A stretch of DNA of 63,735 nt, counting the filler, from Bigelowiella natans CCMP2755 (Eukaryota > Protista > Cercozoa): assembly GCA_000320545.1 (NCBI GenBank). It is 8 parts of 8 records of this genome, joined end to end, with 100 filler letters (N's around TTAATTAATTAA, not from the genome) between each part and the next. Parts side by side here need not be neighbours in the genome. Positions count along the whole stretch, not along the records: positions 1 to 6,373 come from ADNK01002717.1; positions 6,474 to 14,944 come from ADNK01001302.1; 6 more parts are not named here. One strand, 5' to 3'. Shown here one piece after another: positions 1 through 12,867 of this stretch. The translations under genes were made by a program, and so were the position numbers. Position 1 is the first letter of the stretch, and each line of letters opens with the position of its first letter. A model generated the notes under the pieces. That model worked only from the letters and a program-made list of their open reading frames with translations, was not told the origin of the DNA and made no database searches.

Positions 1-61
1 ACAAATACTACTGGCATTGTTTGTCGCTATTGCTCTCCAATGCTTTTGGAATATTGCGCAC

Positions 62-97
<36 letters not shown>

Positions 98-131
98 TTT
101 TTATAACAGTTAGTATTAATAATCTGCATAC

Positions 132-821
132 CCCCCCTTCCTAATGTGCGGAAGATTTGGAAGTCTTTCAGCTCCACCTTCACGTGAGGCCCTTTAGCAG
201 CGCGTACGATAGAGAGAGAAGAAGCAAAAAAAATCAAAACACAAAGTAGCATATTGCACAGACACTTCATTGCTCTTATGCCTACTACGGCTACTACTGC
301 TGCTGCTACTACTAGCAGTGATCTCCTTCGAGTATTTTGTGGTTGGTACATTCATTCTCCTGCACAGAGCTTGCCACGCGGGTGGCCGCACAGCATCTGA
401 TGTATCTGGTGGAAGAGGGGGGGGGGGGTAGTTGTGAGGAATATAGCGCCGTGCAGGAGAGGGAATGCATGTGCGCTCTATTTTTTCTTGAATCACACAC
501 ACACGCACACACGCACGCACACACGCACGCACGCACACACGCACACACGCACGCACGCACACACGCACGCACGCACACACGCACGCACGCACGCACAGAC
601 GCCTTAAGAACGTCTTGATCATCTTCCCCACCCTCTCTCCATCTCTCCCCTCCCCCCGCGCCCCGCTTCGCCTCCGCCCTTCCTAGTGCTGACATCGTGA
701 GGGTGCGGCTACCGTTTATAAAACTTTGACTTCTGGAACCGGGGGAACACGCCGTGCAGCATGTCCTGCCTCACCTCTTCCGTCAGCTGGATATATCGTG
801 CACATGTATTATACAAATGAT

Positions 822-855
<34 letters not shown>

Positions 856-1553
856 ATTTTTTTATGTTTTGCATCGGGATTGGAAAGGCAGCGTAACATA
901 TGGGAAGTCGCAGCTTCCACCCACGCAAACATGGTAGCATTCCTACTTGTTGATATTACTCTCACATGCCTCCTCCCCCTCTCTTTACCCTCCCCCCCCC
1001 TCTCCTCACATCCTGAAATCACCTTGTCAAACATGGTGGAGGAGTACTTTCCATCAACTACTTTCTGTCGGCATTGATCCACAATCTCCCCGTACACCTG
1101 CGGGATGTGGTTTGTTTCCACCCTTTTAAAAAAGCAGCCCCCCCCCCCTTCCTCTCTTTGGAATTGTTGTGGGAACATATCCCCCATTCATATCGAGAGT
1201 GCAAAGATCGATTGGCTGGTAAAGCATATCGCATTTCATCATCATTTTCGTGTTGGCGTGTGTACTACCCCAATCTTATTCATCTTGCCAAACGAGAGGA
1301 GGGAGGCCGAGGAGGGCTAAGGTGCCAGAACATATTACAGCTCAGTAAGAGAAGCAGCTTTCTTCCTAGTGTTTTGCGGTGTGTATGCATGCTTTTCCAT
1401 TAGAAATCGGTGTTTGCAGCTGCGAGGGGTTGTACCGCACCTTTTTCTTCTTCTTCTTCTCGTCAGATCTGCAAGGTATATCACCACCATAGGAAAAGGG
1501 GGAGGGCGAGGGGGGGATAATTATTATCGGCATGGAAAAATAGTGAAGTTGCA

Positions 1554-1631
<78 letters not shown>

Positions 1632-1820
1632 GTTCCCACAAATGCGCGCAAACTTGCACGCACGCATTTTGATGAGAGGGAAGAAGAGGGAGGGATGGAA
1701 GTTCATCGGTAACCTGTAGCTTTCTAGGTCCCGGGTGCGTATTAGGTCAAAGACCGACGACCCAGCCGGGAACTTGTAGTTTGACGAGTCATTCACGAAT
1801 CTGATGGCATTTCATGTACA

Positions 1821-1860
<40 letters not shown>

Positions 1861-2157
1861 ATGAATTCTATCATCCATCCATGCTTCAATAGCTGTTTAA
1901 ATGCAATGCAAATCATTTCTGATGGTCTCCATGATTTTATTCGTTGGTGAGCGTGGGGAGGAGGATGGGGGGGCAGCGAGAGAATTGCACTGTGAGTATG
2001 ACATCTCGAAGAGGGCTTTTCCGACACGCGAACGGGCGCTTGGGAAGCGAATCTATCAGTGATTAGTTCCAATGAGCTCCGCACTTTCATAAAGGTCGTG
2101 AACGTATTGTTGTTGTGAATGAATATGAATATGCGGTGTGCGTGTGCGTGTCTGTCT

Positions 2158-2200
<43 letters not shown>

Positions 2201-2804
2201 AGTGTGGAATTAATGGCATGCGGCATCAGGCACACCCTGCTGACCTTTCTGAACTTCTCAACGTCGCGCATAAATATGGCTTTGTCCACCGCGTAGTTGG
2301 CGATAAGGAAGCACTTTATCATGTAAAACCTGTTTGATGATTTGAATATGAATAATCCCATCATGTACTGTACGCACGTGGCAGCAGAAGGCATGATCGC
2401 TGCGCAAGCACTGCGCTTTCGGTGGGGGAAAAACCAACCCCGTAGATTTGTGAAATATCGTCTTGAAATCCAAGAACTTCTTCTTGTAAAGATGAGCCTC
2501 AAGATCCTTGCAGTCCTCATACGCCGGAGAATTGTCCCACATCTCGGTTGATACCTGTCAATTTGAGCAGCAATGCGAGAATGCAATAATGATGCTGCTG
2601 CTGATATGATGATGATATCCTGCGGTGGTTAGGCTGGGAGAGAATAGGGAGTTCTAGTAGTTGTATACGATCTCAATTTAAGATGCTGCTACGGTGTTGG
2701 AAGACTAAACACACCTCAGCCTTCTTCAGAGCTTCCATGTAGGCGCTATTCTGAGCAATCTCCTTGAGATCCTCGAACATGCCTTCGAGGAGAACACAGG
2801 CCAT
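132..2804 (-). CDS. G protein-coupled receptor kinase (GRK/beta-ARK-like): N-terminal helix, RGS-homology domain and start of AGC kinase domain; multi-exon, continues beyond window start
   Basis: Hand-spliced exons: MACVLLEGMFEDLKEIAQNSAYMEALKKAE (cf. GRK2 [20 protein letters not shown]), LDFKTIFHKSTGFYMIKCFL (cf. [20 protein letters not shown]), LTEEVRQDMLHGVFPRFQKSKFYKRYIRC (cf. [27 protein letters not shown]), then KVELKDFQIFRTLGRGG (kinase Gly-rich loop). GT-AG introns. Confidence 0.85.
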
Positions 2805-3761
2805 TTTAGTGACTTGCACGGAGGGTGGGCGGGGTGCGATTCGTATTTATGCTGGTTGTATTACTTTCGTTATTTCTATTATGTTTAAATCGTAACCTTC
2901 GGATATCAACGCCATTGTTGAGTCTTCTCAGCGTTTGCTGCAGTTAGTTAAAGATTCAGTTAAGGAGATCAGAATATTCACTATTAAACGAATATATTCT
3001 CTCTCTTCTAGAGTTTCATGCGAGCTTTCCCGCCCATAGTCCCTCACGCCCCCCACCCAGCACACTGGTGTGCAGAGAACAGTGGCTGAAAGTTGTTTCC
3101 TCTTTGCCCCCCAGATGTTCCACGTTGACGACACGCACACAAAAGACCGGAAATGTGTAGTGCGTGAAGTCAATAAAACCACGAATGGTGCGTCTCGAAC
3201 CTGCCGCTCTCACCCCGCTGCACTGAATTCGGTTCTCTTCAACAACGATAGAGGTGGGAGGCACGGAAGGGTTTAGATAATTGGGGAGGTTCCTCTTGGT
3301 CCAAAGAATGCGACCAACGTGAAGTGCGACATCAAAATTCTTGAGTCGCTATCTAATTATCCCCTTTAATCTCGAATGCATTGGCTACCGTTCCTGTGAA
3401 ATAGGGGTGGAAACGAAAACGAAAAGGGAATTTATTCAACGCGACAAACAAAGACTGTGTTCGGCAAACGAGCCTCGGATATCCCGGTACATGTATTAAT
3501 ACCGGGGCTATGTATTCTGTGCTAAAATCCTCATCGTTTTCCCGGTTGAGACAGCACTGCTGCAACTGTGCAAGCTGCGTATATTCGGTAAAATTGCAAG
3601 GAAATCGTCCATTGGGTTTTTTGCCCAGTCAGGAGCTCATCGCGTTGTGTGGAACTTGAGCCGCAAGGTCTTGTGAAGATCAATAAAATTTGATAAAGTT
3701 ACGATATTTTTCGTATAAAATATAATCTTACTAACTTTTTGGCGTAATTGACTCTCCAAGA

Positions 3762-3965
3762 ATGGCGTCGGGCCGTCTCCACCACACTCTGGCTCTGACC
3801 CTGGCCCTGGCACTTAGCCTCCTTCCAGGGATTTCTACAGCTGTTTCCCTACCCACCCACGCTGGTAAATAGTTACATGCTTTGGATAGGGCGAGGGTGG
3901 CTGGGGGGGGACATTGCGAGTGGTAAACACGTTCTTGCAGCTACAGAGATCAGTGGGTTGTGTTA

Positions 3966-4010
<45 letters not shown>

Positions 4011-4081
4011 AGGGAGGGGGAAGAGACAGGGGAGTCAGAGATAGACAGATTGATCGATTGAATTATAGGATGGTGGGGAGC

Positions 4082-4126
<45 letters not shown>

Positions 4127-5381
4127 GGTATGAGAAGAAGGTGTGGAGAGACAGTCGCAACAGGCGAATATATAGCGACATTTGGTTTACCGTTGCTACC
4201 TCTGATCATTGTCATCCACGTTATGTCTCTAGCTTCGCGAAATGCGGCCGGAGTCCCGCTGCGACATCGACTGAAAACCTACAGGAAGAAGGCCACCAGC
4301 AGAACACCACGCCGCAGCATGGAGGCGCACCAGCAGCACCGTCGTCAGATCACGTATAGAACCACACATCGTAGAAATTCGATCGATTTTAGCGACAAGA
4401 AATGCACACACGCCGACCGGGTTGCAATTCAGGGAGGAAGATTGGGCTTGAGAAATGCACGTATCTTACTACATCAGGCGAAAGCGCGCTGTCGCTGTAA
4501 ATGCAGCTGGGTACGGAGAAGTTGCCGGCGCGATGGCTTCAACGATCTTCGTGCACGAATTCGGGCATTTCCTCGCTGCGTACTTGCAGGTGCGCTGACG
4601 CCTCCCCCCGCCCTGTGCAAGTGCGATGAGGCGACGAGGACATTTCCATTGTCTAGCTTCGAGAGAGACTCTGTGCTCATCGCGACCTATACGGCGGCGC
4701 CTGGTGCTGATTGATACTTTTCTGTGATGGCAGGGGATTCGTGTGGATGAATTTTCTGTTGGTATTGGGCCCGAGCTTGTATCTTTCCCGGTTCGCCTTC
4801 CTAAGATCCAACGCCGCGGCGGCAGCATCCTAGATGATGCAGCCGTTTCTAATGATGACGCGGCTAGTAGACGCCGTGCCAAAGAGGGAACCGCTCCTCC
4901 TCAGGCTAAAGCAACCGCGACAGGACGTCAACCTTCGTCGTCACCGTCACCGTCATCAGCATCAGCATCGTCATCAGCATCAGCATCAGCATCGTCGTCA
5001 TCATCAAGACTGCGTGTTTCAGTGCGGGCGCTGCCGCTTGGAGGATACGTCAGATTTCCGAAGAATGAAGATGGGTCGGTTAACCTGCCCCTACCCCCCC
5101 CTCCCCCCCCCTCTCCTTTACAGCTACCACTCTGCTGAACACAGTATCAAGCAAATCGTGTATAATCTCTGCTGCAAGTAGCCTTGATGATTTTTTGTCC
5201 TACTGCGTCATCAGATGTTTATTTTCTTAGCGCGCGCGCGTATTTTAAATGTGTTCCCGCCCCCCGCTTTGAGAGAGAGGCCGTTCTTTCCTCTGAATAC
5301 CTTTGTTGGTGATACGTACGATTGTGTGCTATGGTTGGTGGGGTAGGGACGAATCTCCTGACCTCGCTCAGAATCGGTACG

Positions 5382-5421
<40 letters not shown>

Positions 5422-5586
5422 CATTTATAGATATACGCACGTGTTTGTTTATTTTGTAACTAAAATATTACGCAGCCCCTGGACCGAGCAAGCTGCTGTA
5501 ATGTCTGGAGGAGTTATTGCGAATCTCGCATCTGCATGGACAACCATCTTCATTGCGGTAATGGCGACCGAATAAGAGCACAGCAT

Positions 5587-5628
<42 letters not shown>

Positions 5629-6201
5629 GTGCGTGCGTGTGGTTAAGAGGGAGAGAGTGAGGGGATGTGAGGTGGGGGTGAGAGGCAGTCTTCGCTCTCG
5701 GCATCGAGGTCATAAAACCATAGAACTACGGGTGATTTTTTGGCCCCGCGACAAGCGCGCACTGGCATGATTCTCTTTTTATGAAACGGCATTTGCCCGT
5801 CTTTTGGTTCTATGGTCCCACGAGCGCTTTTACGGCGCGGCGACCCCCCGCAACTAAAGTGAAGGGCGGGGCGGCCTCCCTGCAAAAGCCATGCATTTTC
5901 GAGTGTTGTTTCTATTCCGTCACACATCACAAGCGCGCTCGAAATCAAGAGACTGCTACTTCCAACAACAACAAAATTGGGAAACCAATCGAAGACTTCT
6001 CCTCGAGCGCTCATTCTTCCATGCACTGATTGACAGGCTGCATTCGTCGGCCTCCCGGCCTACGAGTACCTTCCCGGAGCGGTGATTGACACGGTGGTAG
6101 AAGAGAGTGCTGCTTATAGCGCAGGTCTCCAGGTTGGCGACGTCATCACAGCTATGGATGGGAACGCAGTGCCTGGTCCTGCAGTACGAGCAATCGCCCA
6201 A
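3762..6201 (+). CDS. RseP/ARASP-like M50 site-2 intramembrane zinc metalloprotease with PDZ, probably plastid-targeted; 3' truncated by contig end
   Basis: Exon 1 is a hydrophobic signal peptide (MASGRLHHTLALTLALALSLLPGISTA) followed by a basic, Arg/Thr-rich transit-like segment. HEFGH zinc motif at 4554-4568 in IFVHEFGHFLAAYLQ|GIRVDEFSVGIGPEL. Also VRALPLGGYVRFP, NR|PWTEQAAVMSGGVIANL and the PDZ segment SAAYSAGLQVGDVITAMDG. Confidence 0.9.
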
Positions 6202-6313
6202 GTTTGATGAGAATTTTATCTCCTTGCATTCAACAATATACTTCTTGGGAGGAGGGGGAGGGGGGGGGGGGGACGGAGTGGGGGGGGAAGTTGGGTGGAG
6301 TCGGGCGAAAGGG

Positions 6314-6373
<60 letters not shown>

Positions 6374-6473
6374 NNNNNNNNNNNNNNNNNNNNNNNNNNN
6401 NNNNNNNNNNNNNNNNNTTAATTAATTAANNNNNNNNNNNNNNNNNNNNNNNNNNNNNNNNNNNNNNNNNNNN
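6374..6473. other. Artificial contig spacer (44N-TTAATTAATTAA-44N); identical spacers at 14945-15044, 42863-42962, 49513-49612, 55694-55793, 57631-57730, 59434-59533
   Basis: Seven identical 100-bp gaps, each carrying a linker with stops in all six frames. Confidence 0.97.
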
Positions 6474-6899
6474 AGTAATAGAAGAGTAGTAGTAGCAGTA
6501 AAATAGGAGCTAATACCACGCCCATACGCATTATTTTCTATATAAATCCAATGTATTCTCTGTTGGTACTTGATTGCTTGGAGACATTTGTGATGGGAAA
6601 AGGGGCAGCCTTTTTCTCGATCCGACTCGAGAGGAGTTTTGAAAATGGGGCGATAGTAGCGTCCCCTCTTCCCTCAAAGGTTGCAGTGATTGGGACAGTA
6701 TCGGTGATCAAGAATATATCATAAAAGCAATGGCGTTAGTGTGTAGCATTGGCGACAGCAGTAAAGCTGGTGCTACTACTTGGCCCTTCACTAAGAATAT
6801 ATAACTTTATTTAACAAACAATAAGCGGTAGGTTACTAATTTTACATGGCAATGCAGCACGGTGTTTGGAATTTATTAAGACGAGTTTTGTCTACCTCT

Positions 6900-7870
6900 A
6901 GAGGCGTGTGTGTCGAAATCATGTACACACATTGACTACATTGAAATGATGTGCATTGCATGCCTACGTGCACTAGTGCATTGCGAAGCAGCCTGCGGCT
7001 GCACATCTAGACATGGCGCTACAGTGCCGAAGGCTACAAGCCGTTACGCGCTAGTTAGCTATAGCTAGACGCTATAGCAGCCTTCTAGCCTTGTCAGTGA
7101 AAATTTTGCATGATCATTCCTAGATACGATTGAGTTTGAATGCGCGCTACGTACGAGCTGAGGCGATTGGTAGATGGTGACTACGCTGTCCCAGGGCTAG
7201 CTAGCTAGCTATGGAGCGTCTAGAACGTGCTAGCGTGCATGTGTGTCTAGCTAGCTAGATCGATGTGTATGTCTTTATTCGAGCAAACTCTGCTGTAGCT
7301 ACATAGCGATAGCTAGCTAGCTAGAACTAGCTATCATGTGCGCTAGCAGATGGCTAGCTAGATGGCTAGAATGCAAGCGCCATGCTACACGCATAGCATG
7401 CACGTGTACACGCGTAGCGTCCGTTTAATTATACACGCCTACAGCTAGATAGGCGTAATAATCGCATGCGGCTGCTGTGCGTTCGATATGGTGTACAATA
7501 GCTAGCAGATAGCTAGGCCATTTATGGTGCATTATTCGATCGTCGATTCCGCATATATACGCATGCACCTACTCGGCTGCTATGTGTGTACGTACTATAG
7601 ACATAGTATGCGCGCTAGTAGTGCAGCTAGCTAGCCAGCCTGCTAGCAGCGTGCATGCATGCTAGCATGCGCATCGCGTACATATATCGATTCGCGAAGG
7701 TTATATATAGAATAAGCTAGTATATGAGGTGCTTGCGTTGGGAACGGTGCTACGCGCTAGCTAGCTAGCTTTCATGACCCAATAATAGTTAGATATTCTT
7801 TAGCGCACTTTTGCATCGCTCCTGATGAAGTAACCGTGCGCCACTTTATGCATGCATCGCATGCAGGTCC
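6900..7870. repeat. CTAG/GCATGC palindrome-rich intergenic island 1
   Basis: Many GCTAGCTAGCTA, GCATGC, ACGCGT and TGCA words; few homopolymer runs; no credible ORF. Confidence 0.8.
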
Positions 7871-7889
7871 CATAGTGACGACCATGCGC

Positions 7890-8475
7890 TCACGGGTTGT
7901 ACAAAGGTGTATGGCTGAGAGCCATGGAGTCATCAGCTGCTTCAATAAAATCAGACAATCCTTCATCATTCACTTGTTGATCGTAGTTCCAGGTGCCTCC
8001 AGTTTGTAGGGGCTCGTTGCGCTCATGTCAATATGCCAAATAATGGGCGCGGTCCTGAGTATGATTTTAAGATAAGTACAACAACGAATGCCCTCCTCTC
8101 TGCGCTCACGAGTACTAGACGTTAAATTAAGACATAAATCTCAGATCCCGACCAATGCAACACCTATCCGCTACCACACGCTCGCATGCATACGGCAGAG
8201 CATTTGCGACATGAATCAAATCCTCAGGATTGTGTAGGAGGGAAAAGTTGGACGAGATCTTCGCGGGGAATGGAGTGACCACAGCAACAAAGGGCGTGCA
8301 TGATGGCGGTCGCACGAGAACCGTACAACCGCCGCACTGCCAGGCACAACGTGACCGCGGTATGGTGTGTTGGAACCATAATACATTATTTCGGGATTTT
8401 TCAATTTGAATCTTGGTACTGTGTTCTTATTATCAGTGATTCTCTCAAGCTTCGTAACTCTTTATTATATGTATT

Positions 8476-8515
<40 letters not shown>

Positions 8516-9837
8516 TTATGTATTGATATGTGTGTACACATGTTGCACCTTATACTAAGGTAGTGTCACAGACAGTGAAGATAACTCATTTTGCCATCGT
8601 CATTCGCCTGTCTGTCGATCCACAGGAACGCTCGTCATCCATCAGGATTTTGCTTCATCATCTTGCGCCTTCTTTATCCACTCACTGCATATAGGGGAGG
8701 AGAGTATGGAGACTTTAAATTCAGCGGCAGTGTCAGATACTATGAATACGGCAGTATCTTACTAGTTTAAATAGCCCATTTAGAAAGTCTTTCATTGTTG
8801 ACATTATATCTCAGAGATCTTGGTGATTTTTGGTCATCAGCGAAGAACTCAAGAGTAGCAAATATCATTTCTGCATCATCGATATAACGAATGGGGCTGG
8901 TTCTGACTTCGCCCTTTATCCCGTCCCCTTCCTTCTCTCTGCTATCTTTTTAAAGGTTACCCTTTTCGGTCCTCGTGCTTTCTCCATCTTTACTTTGACC
9001 CTCCTCTTCAAAGATCGTTTTCAAGCCAGTCCTTGCAGCTGCCCTGTAGATCGCAGATGGCAAGAATGAAGATCATGGAGTTTCGCTTCAAGACATCACC
9101 ATGATGACACATAATATAAGTGTCAGAAAACATGAAAATGCATCCCCATATGTGAGGTCGGAGTGAACTATGCTTTTTTTTTCACGAGTCATCAGTCTCT
9201 TTTTAGTCAGAATTCCGAGAGGATGCGCACCTACATCACCTAGTACCTTCATAGTTAGGATTTGCTGTCTTCGTGGAATTTATAGAATTCACTTTATGTT
9301 TTCGCTACGGTAACATAAAACAAGATCTAACGTCAGGTAATCGCATGAATTTGAGACTTGAAAAAGATTTGGGGTTGGCTCAGATGGATAGGTAAAAAGT
9401 TCTCAATCATGAAGATTTTGGTTCAGAAGCAGAACTGATAACCGTGATCATCATAGCAATAATATTTGGGGAGAAGTTCAGTTTCATGCTGCGTGCACAC
9501 CTTGCTTGAAGGCTGTTCTTGCAAGGGGTGTAGGGGTTAGCTGTGGACATTGCTTTCACGCGGACTGTGAAGCGGAGAGGTTGCCGAGTCCAAATTAATG
9601 GATTGCGACAATTATAATACGTTGTCGCATCGAATTAATCCATTACCAAAATATCTTAATTACATCATCGATTTTCTCCGTCACCTCCGGACAGAAATGC
9701 CATCTGTTTCCCTTCCTCCTAAGCCTATCTCGCAAGTCGCTAATCCTGAAATGGCAACGACCATATCTGATTTCATACGATACTGGTAAATTATCTATGC
9801 GTAATATATCTACTTGCAGAGCAAACTTTGGGAGCAT
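7890..9837 (-). other. Unresolved minus-strand unit (degenerate gene, lncRNA or poorly conserved protein)
   Basis: Exon-like stretches with GT/AG borders, e.g. ...WNYDQQVNDEGLSDFIEAADDSMALSHTPLYNP*. I could not build a stop-free model and recognised no domain. Confidence 0.3.
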
Positions 9838-10281
9838 GCTGTCATCTGCATTTTAAATATCAATTCGAAATATATTAATTTTAGAAAATAATATTTTGGA
9901 TATTTCCTCGATAAAATACCCATTTCGCCAGCTGCTCACGTTTCAGAAAAAAACTGAACCGCAACGGCTAGCCCGCTCTCGTTCATCTTTTCGTCGAACA
10001 CACACACTTGCCTGAGGGAGGGGCGACGACGGCTTTTTGGTTCCAGACTGAATCCCTTGCAGTGTTCCTTCAGATTTTTCGACAGTATTTTCCCCCAAAA
10101 TTTGATCCCGTCCTTAATGGCCAGAGTCCTTCCCTGACTCGTAGCTTCGCTCGACTTCACGTTCGCATAATAAGGTGACTTCCTAAATGATTCTGGGTCT
10201 TCGGATGCTTGATTTACTCTCTTTACATGAATGTTTTCTTGTTTACTAGTCCCTGTGCACCAAAGCAAGTCAGCTCGCGGC

Positions 10282-10617
10282 ATGATGATGGAGGACCAGG
10301 TTGATGTTAATCCTAATCTTCCTTCATTGATCGTATCGCTGCCTCTCTGTACCCATGGATGATGATCGTGGGGAGCACCCTGTCAAGGTGGAAGAGGAAT
10401 AACATTCATAACTTTCCACACCACAGCGAAGCAATCGGATTGACGAGGACCTTCTCTTCATCGAAAGGCTGCTCAATCAGAGCGGTCGCAGTGTCGGCTC
10501 CACAGTAGCGTCTGTGGCCACGAACAAGGTGCATTGTTATTTAATATGGGAAGTAGTAAATCATTCACCACAGTCATGGCAGCCAACATGTCCTCATTTA
10601 TCTCTTACACATATACA

Positions 10618-10665
<48 letters not shown>

Positions 10666-11065
10666 TATTGGTAGACCCTGGAGGATAAAGTCGACGAGCT
10701 CACCATACGCCTCAATCAGCTGAGCGAGTCCCTCACCTCCCACCCCAAGCCAAAGACAACAAAAGCCATCATCGCACAAGAACGGCGAGACCATCTACAA
10801 GGAGAGGATGGGGGGGGGGTAGTCCGGAGAGGAGAAGGAGAGACGTTCACATCGTCGTCGTCGGCCTTCGATGCGTCGCACTTCTCTAGTCCCCTCTATG
10901 CTCCTAGAAGTAGTGAGAACAACCTCAGAGATGATAGGAATATAGGCGGCCTTTCCACCAATGAACCGAAACCTGCTCTCATCGTTGCAAAGGATTCGGA
11001 CGCATACGCGATGCGATGGGCCGGTAAGCAGGACGTGTAGATTACGGTTTTGCCTTAAAAAGACG

Positions 11066-11107
<42 letters not shown>

Positions 11108-11783
11108 TCTCTCCCCTCCCCACCACAAAAACAAAGCATTATGGGTAGCGAATCGTCATTAAACACCGCCCCCACGACTACCATCATCATCATCGTCATC
11201 ATCGTCACTACCATGTGCTGTACATGCAGGCCAAGCTGGCATGGAGAGTGGGAAAAGACTTAGTGCGATTCAAAGATCTTTTCAGGAAAACCTCGCGAAG
11301 ATTGGGAGACGGTATGAGGACGAAGCTAAGGCTCTCAATCGTAACAACAACGCCTATCTAGCCGCAAACGAGACCGCCATGTACTCTACCCTCGCCCGTC
11401 TCCTACTAATTTCCTCCCCATTCTCTCTGCACACCTCGATTCTGGCATATTTTGTAGGAAAGTTTCTGTGTAGACTAGTCCATAGAATCACATTGATATT
11501 TAAAAAATGTTTGCATTTTCATATATCAGGTCTCTACGAGTGAAGCAAAAGTTTATCGATGACCTACATGCTTCGCTAGCAAGCATAGCTAGGGAGCACA
11601 AGGTGGCAAAGGAGAGACTGAAACGAGATGTGCAGAGGTATGTCATTATATCGTAGCAGAAGAAGAAGAAGAAGGTGAAACGTTACCGCACAATTGTATT
11701 ACGAATAGGACACAAACACACACACACACACACACACACACAATTTTTTATATTCTGAAGTACACAACCCCAAAAAAAAAAGA

Positions 11784-11814
<31 letters not shown>

Positions 11815-12066
11815 TCTCGCTATGCGTGTTTCATTTTCTTTGTCGCTCACATCGAACCGAACAAAACTCCAAACCCCGCCTCCGAGCGCAGGAGCTACGA
11901 TGCCGAGATCCAACGGGCCACGCGGGCACTGCAAGCGCGACTGGAGCATGCACTTGCTGCGACGAAGCAAAGGCTTCATGGCGAGCATATGACGAATAAA
12001 GCTGCACAGATAGACCGGTAGGAAGACTTATAATTACATGCCCTTTGCGCCGAGGTCAATGCGGTA

Positions 12067-12116
<50 letters not shown>

Positions 12117-12831
12117 TTCCCTATTTTTCATTTGCATTAGCTTCAAGACGCAATATGCAAAGAGCCTTGAGAAGGAGCTTGCGGACTACCAAACAAAGCT
12201 CAGCACCCAACGAGAGTAAGTATGTGCGTGCGTGCGTGCGTGCGTCTGTCAGAAGATCATCACCACCATCCTCATAATCAACATCATCACCATCATCATC
12301 ACCACCGCCGCCGCCCCTTATCATTATAGTGCCCTAGGACAAGTGTTTCTCCCTCCATAAACACACTTGGACGTCTTCGTCTCGTCGTCAATGATTTCAC
12401 AGCAGCAGCTATTGTTCTATTTCAGGAGGGAGCTCGAGGTCCTCAGGGGCACACTTGCTCGCCAGAAAACGGAGAAGCTAGGTATTTTCCCAGTCACGTA
12501 GATAGAACAAAGTGTCGGACGTGAGAAGGCGCAGCTGTGTTTTTGCCTCTTTTCTCCTCTAGTTTTCCCCCCCCCCCCCCCCCCTCCCCATTTGTGTTGA
12601 TATCCATCCAAGGCACGTGGGAAATAGCGATCGTGTATGCCTTCTCATCATCACCATTCATGAACTTGACCACCGCCTCCACCACCACTACCCCCGCCCT
12701 CAGTGGCTTTGAAAAAGGAGATAGAGGAAAAGTCTGCGAGAGAGGAAAAGGAGCTCAAGGAAAGGCTCAACAAAGAAACGCAGGTCGTCGCACAAATCTT
12801 TGCATTGATGATGAGCTAGGGGCCAATTCTT

Positions 12832-12867
<36 letters not shown>

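Noticed and set aside
340-365. Apparent non-canonical (GA) splice donor in GRK
   Set aside because: A canonical phase-compatible GT donor exists a few codons downstream
194-695. Many ORFs with CVCV, ERER, YIYI, HTHT or poly-amino-acid runs
   Set aside because: Translations of intronic microsatellites, not genes
1556-1630. Microsatellite tracts of strikingly uniform length (about 30-40 bp) across the window
   Set aside because: Most simply explained by short-read/k-mer collapse of longer repeats; cannot be treated as biological without long reads
6418-6429. Recurrent TTAATTAATTAA palindrome
   Set aside because: Always centred in identical N gaps; a synthetic all-frame-stop linker
8940-8962. 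19-nt GT-AG segment resembling a nucleomorph-type tiny intron
   Set aside because: Removing it does not restore an open frame; other introns here are much longer
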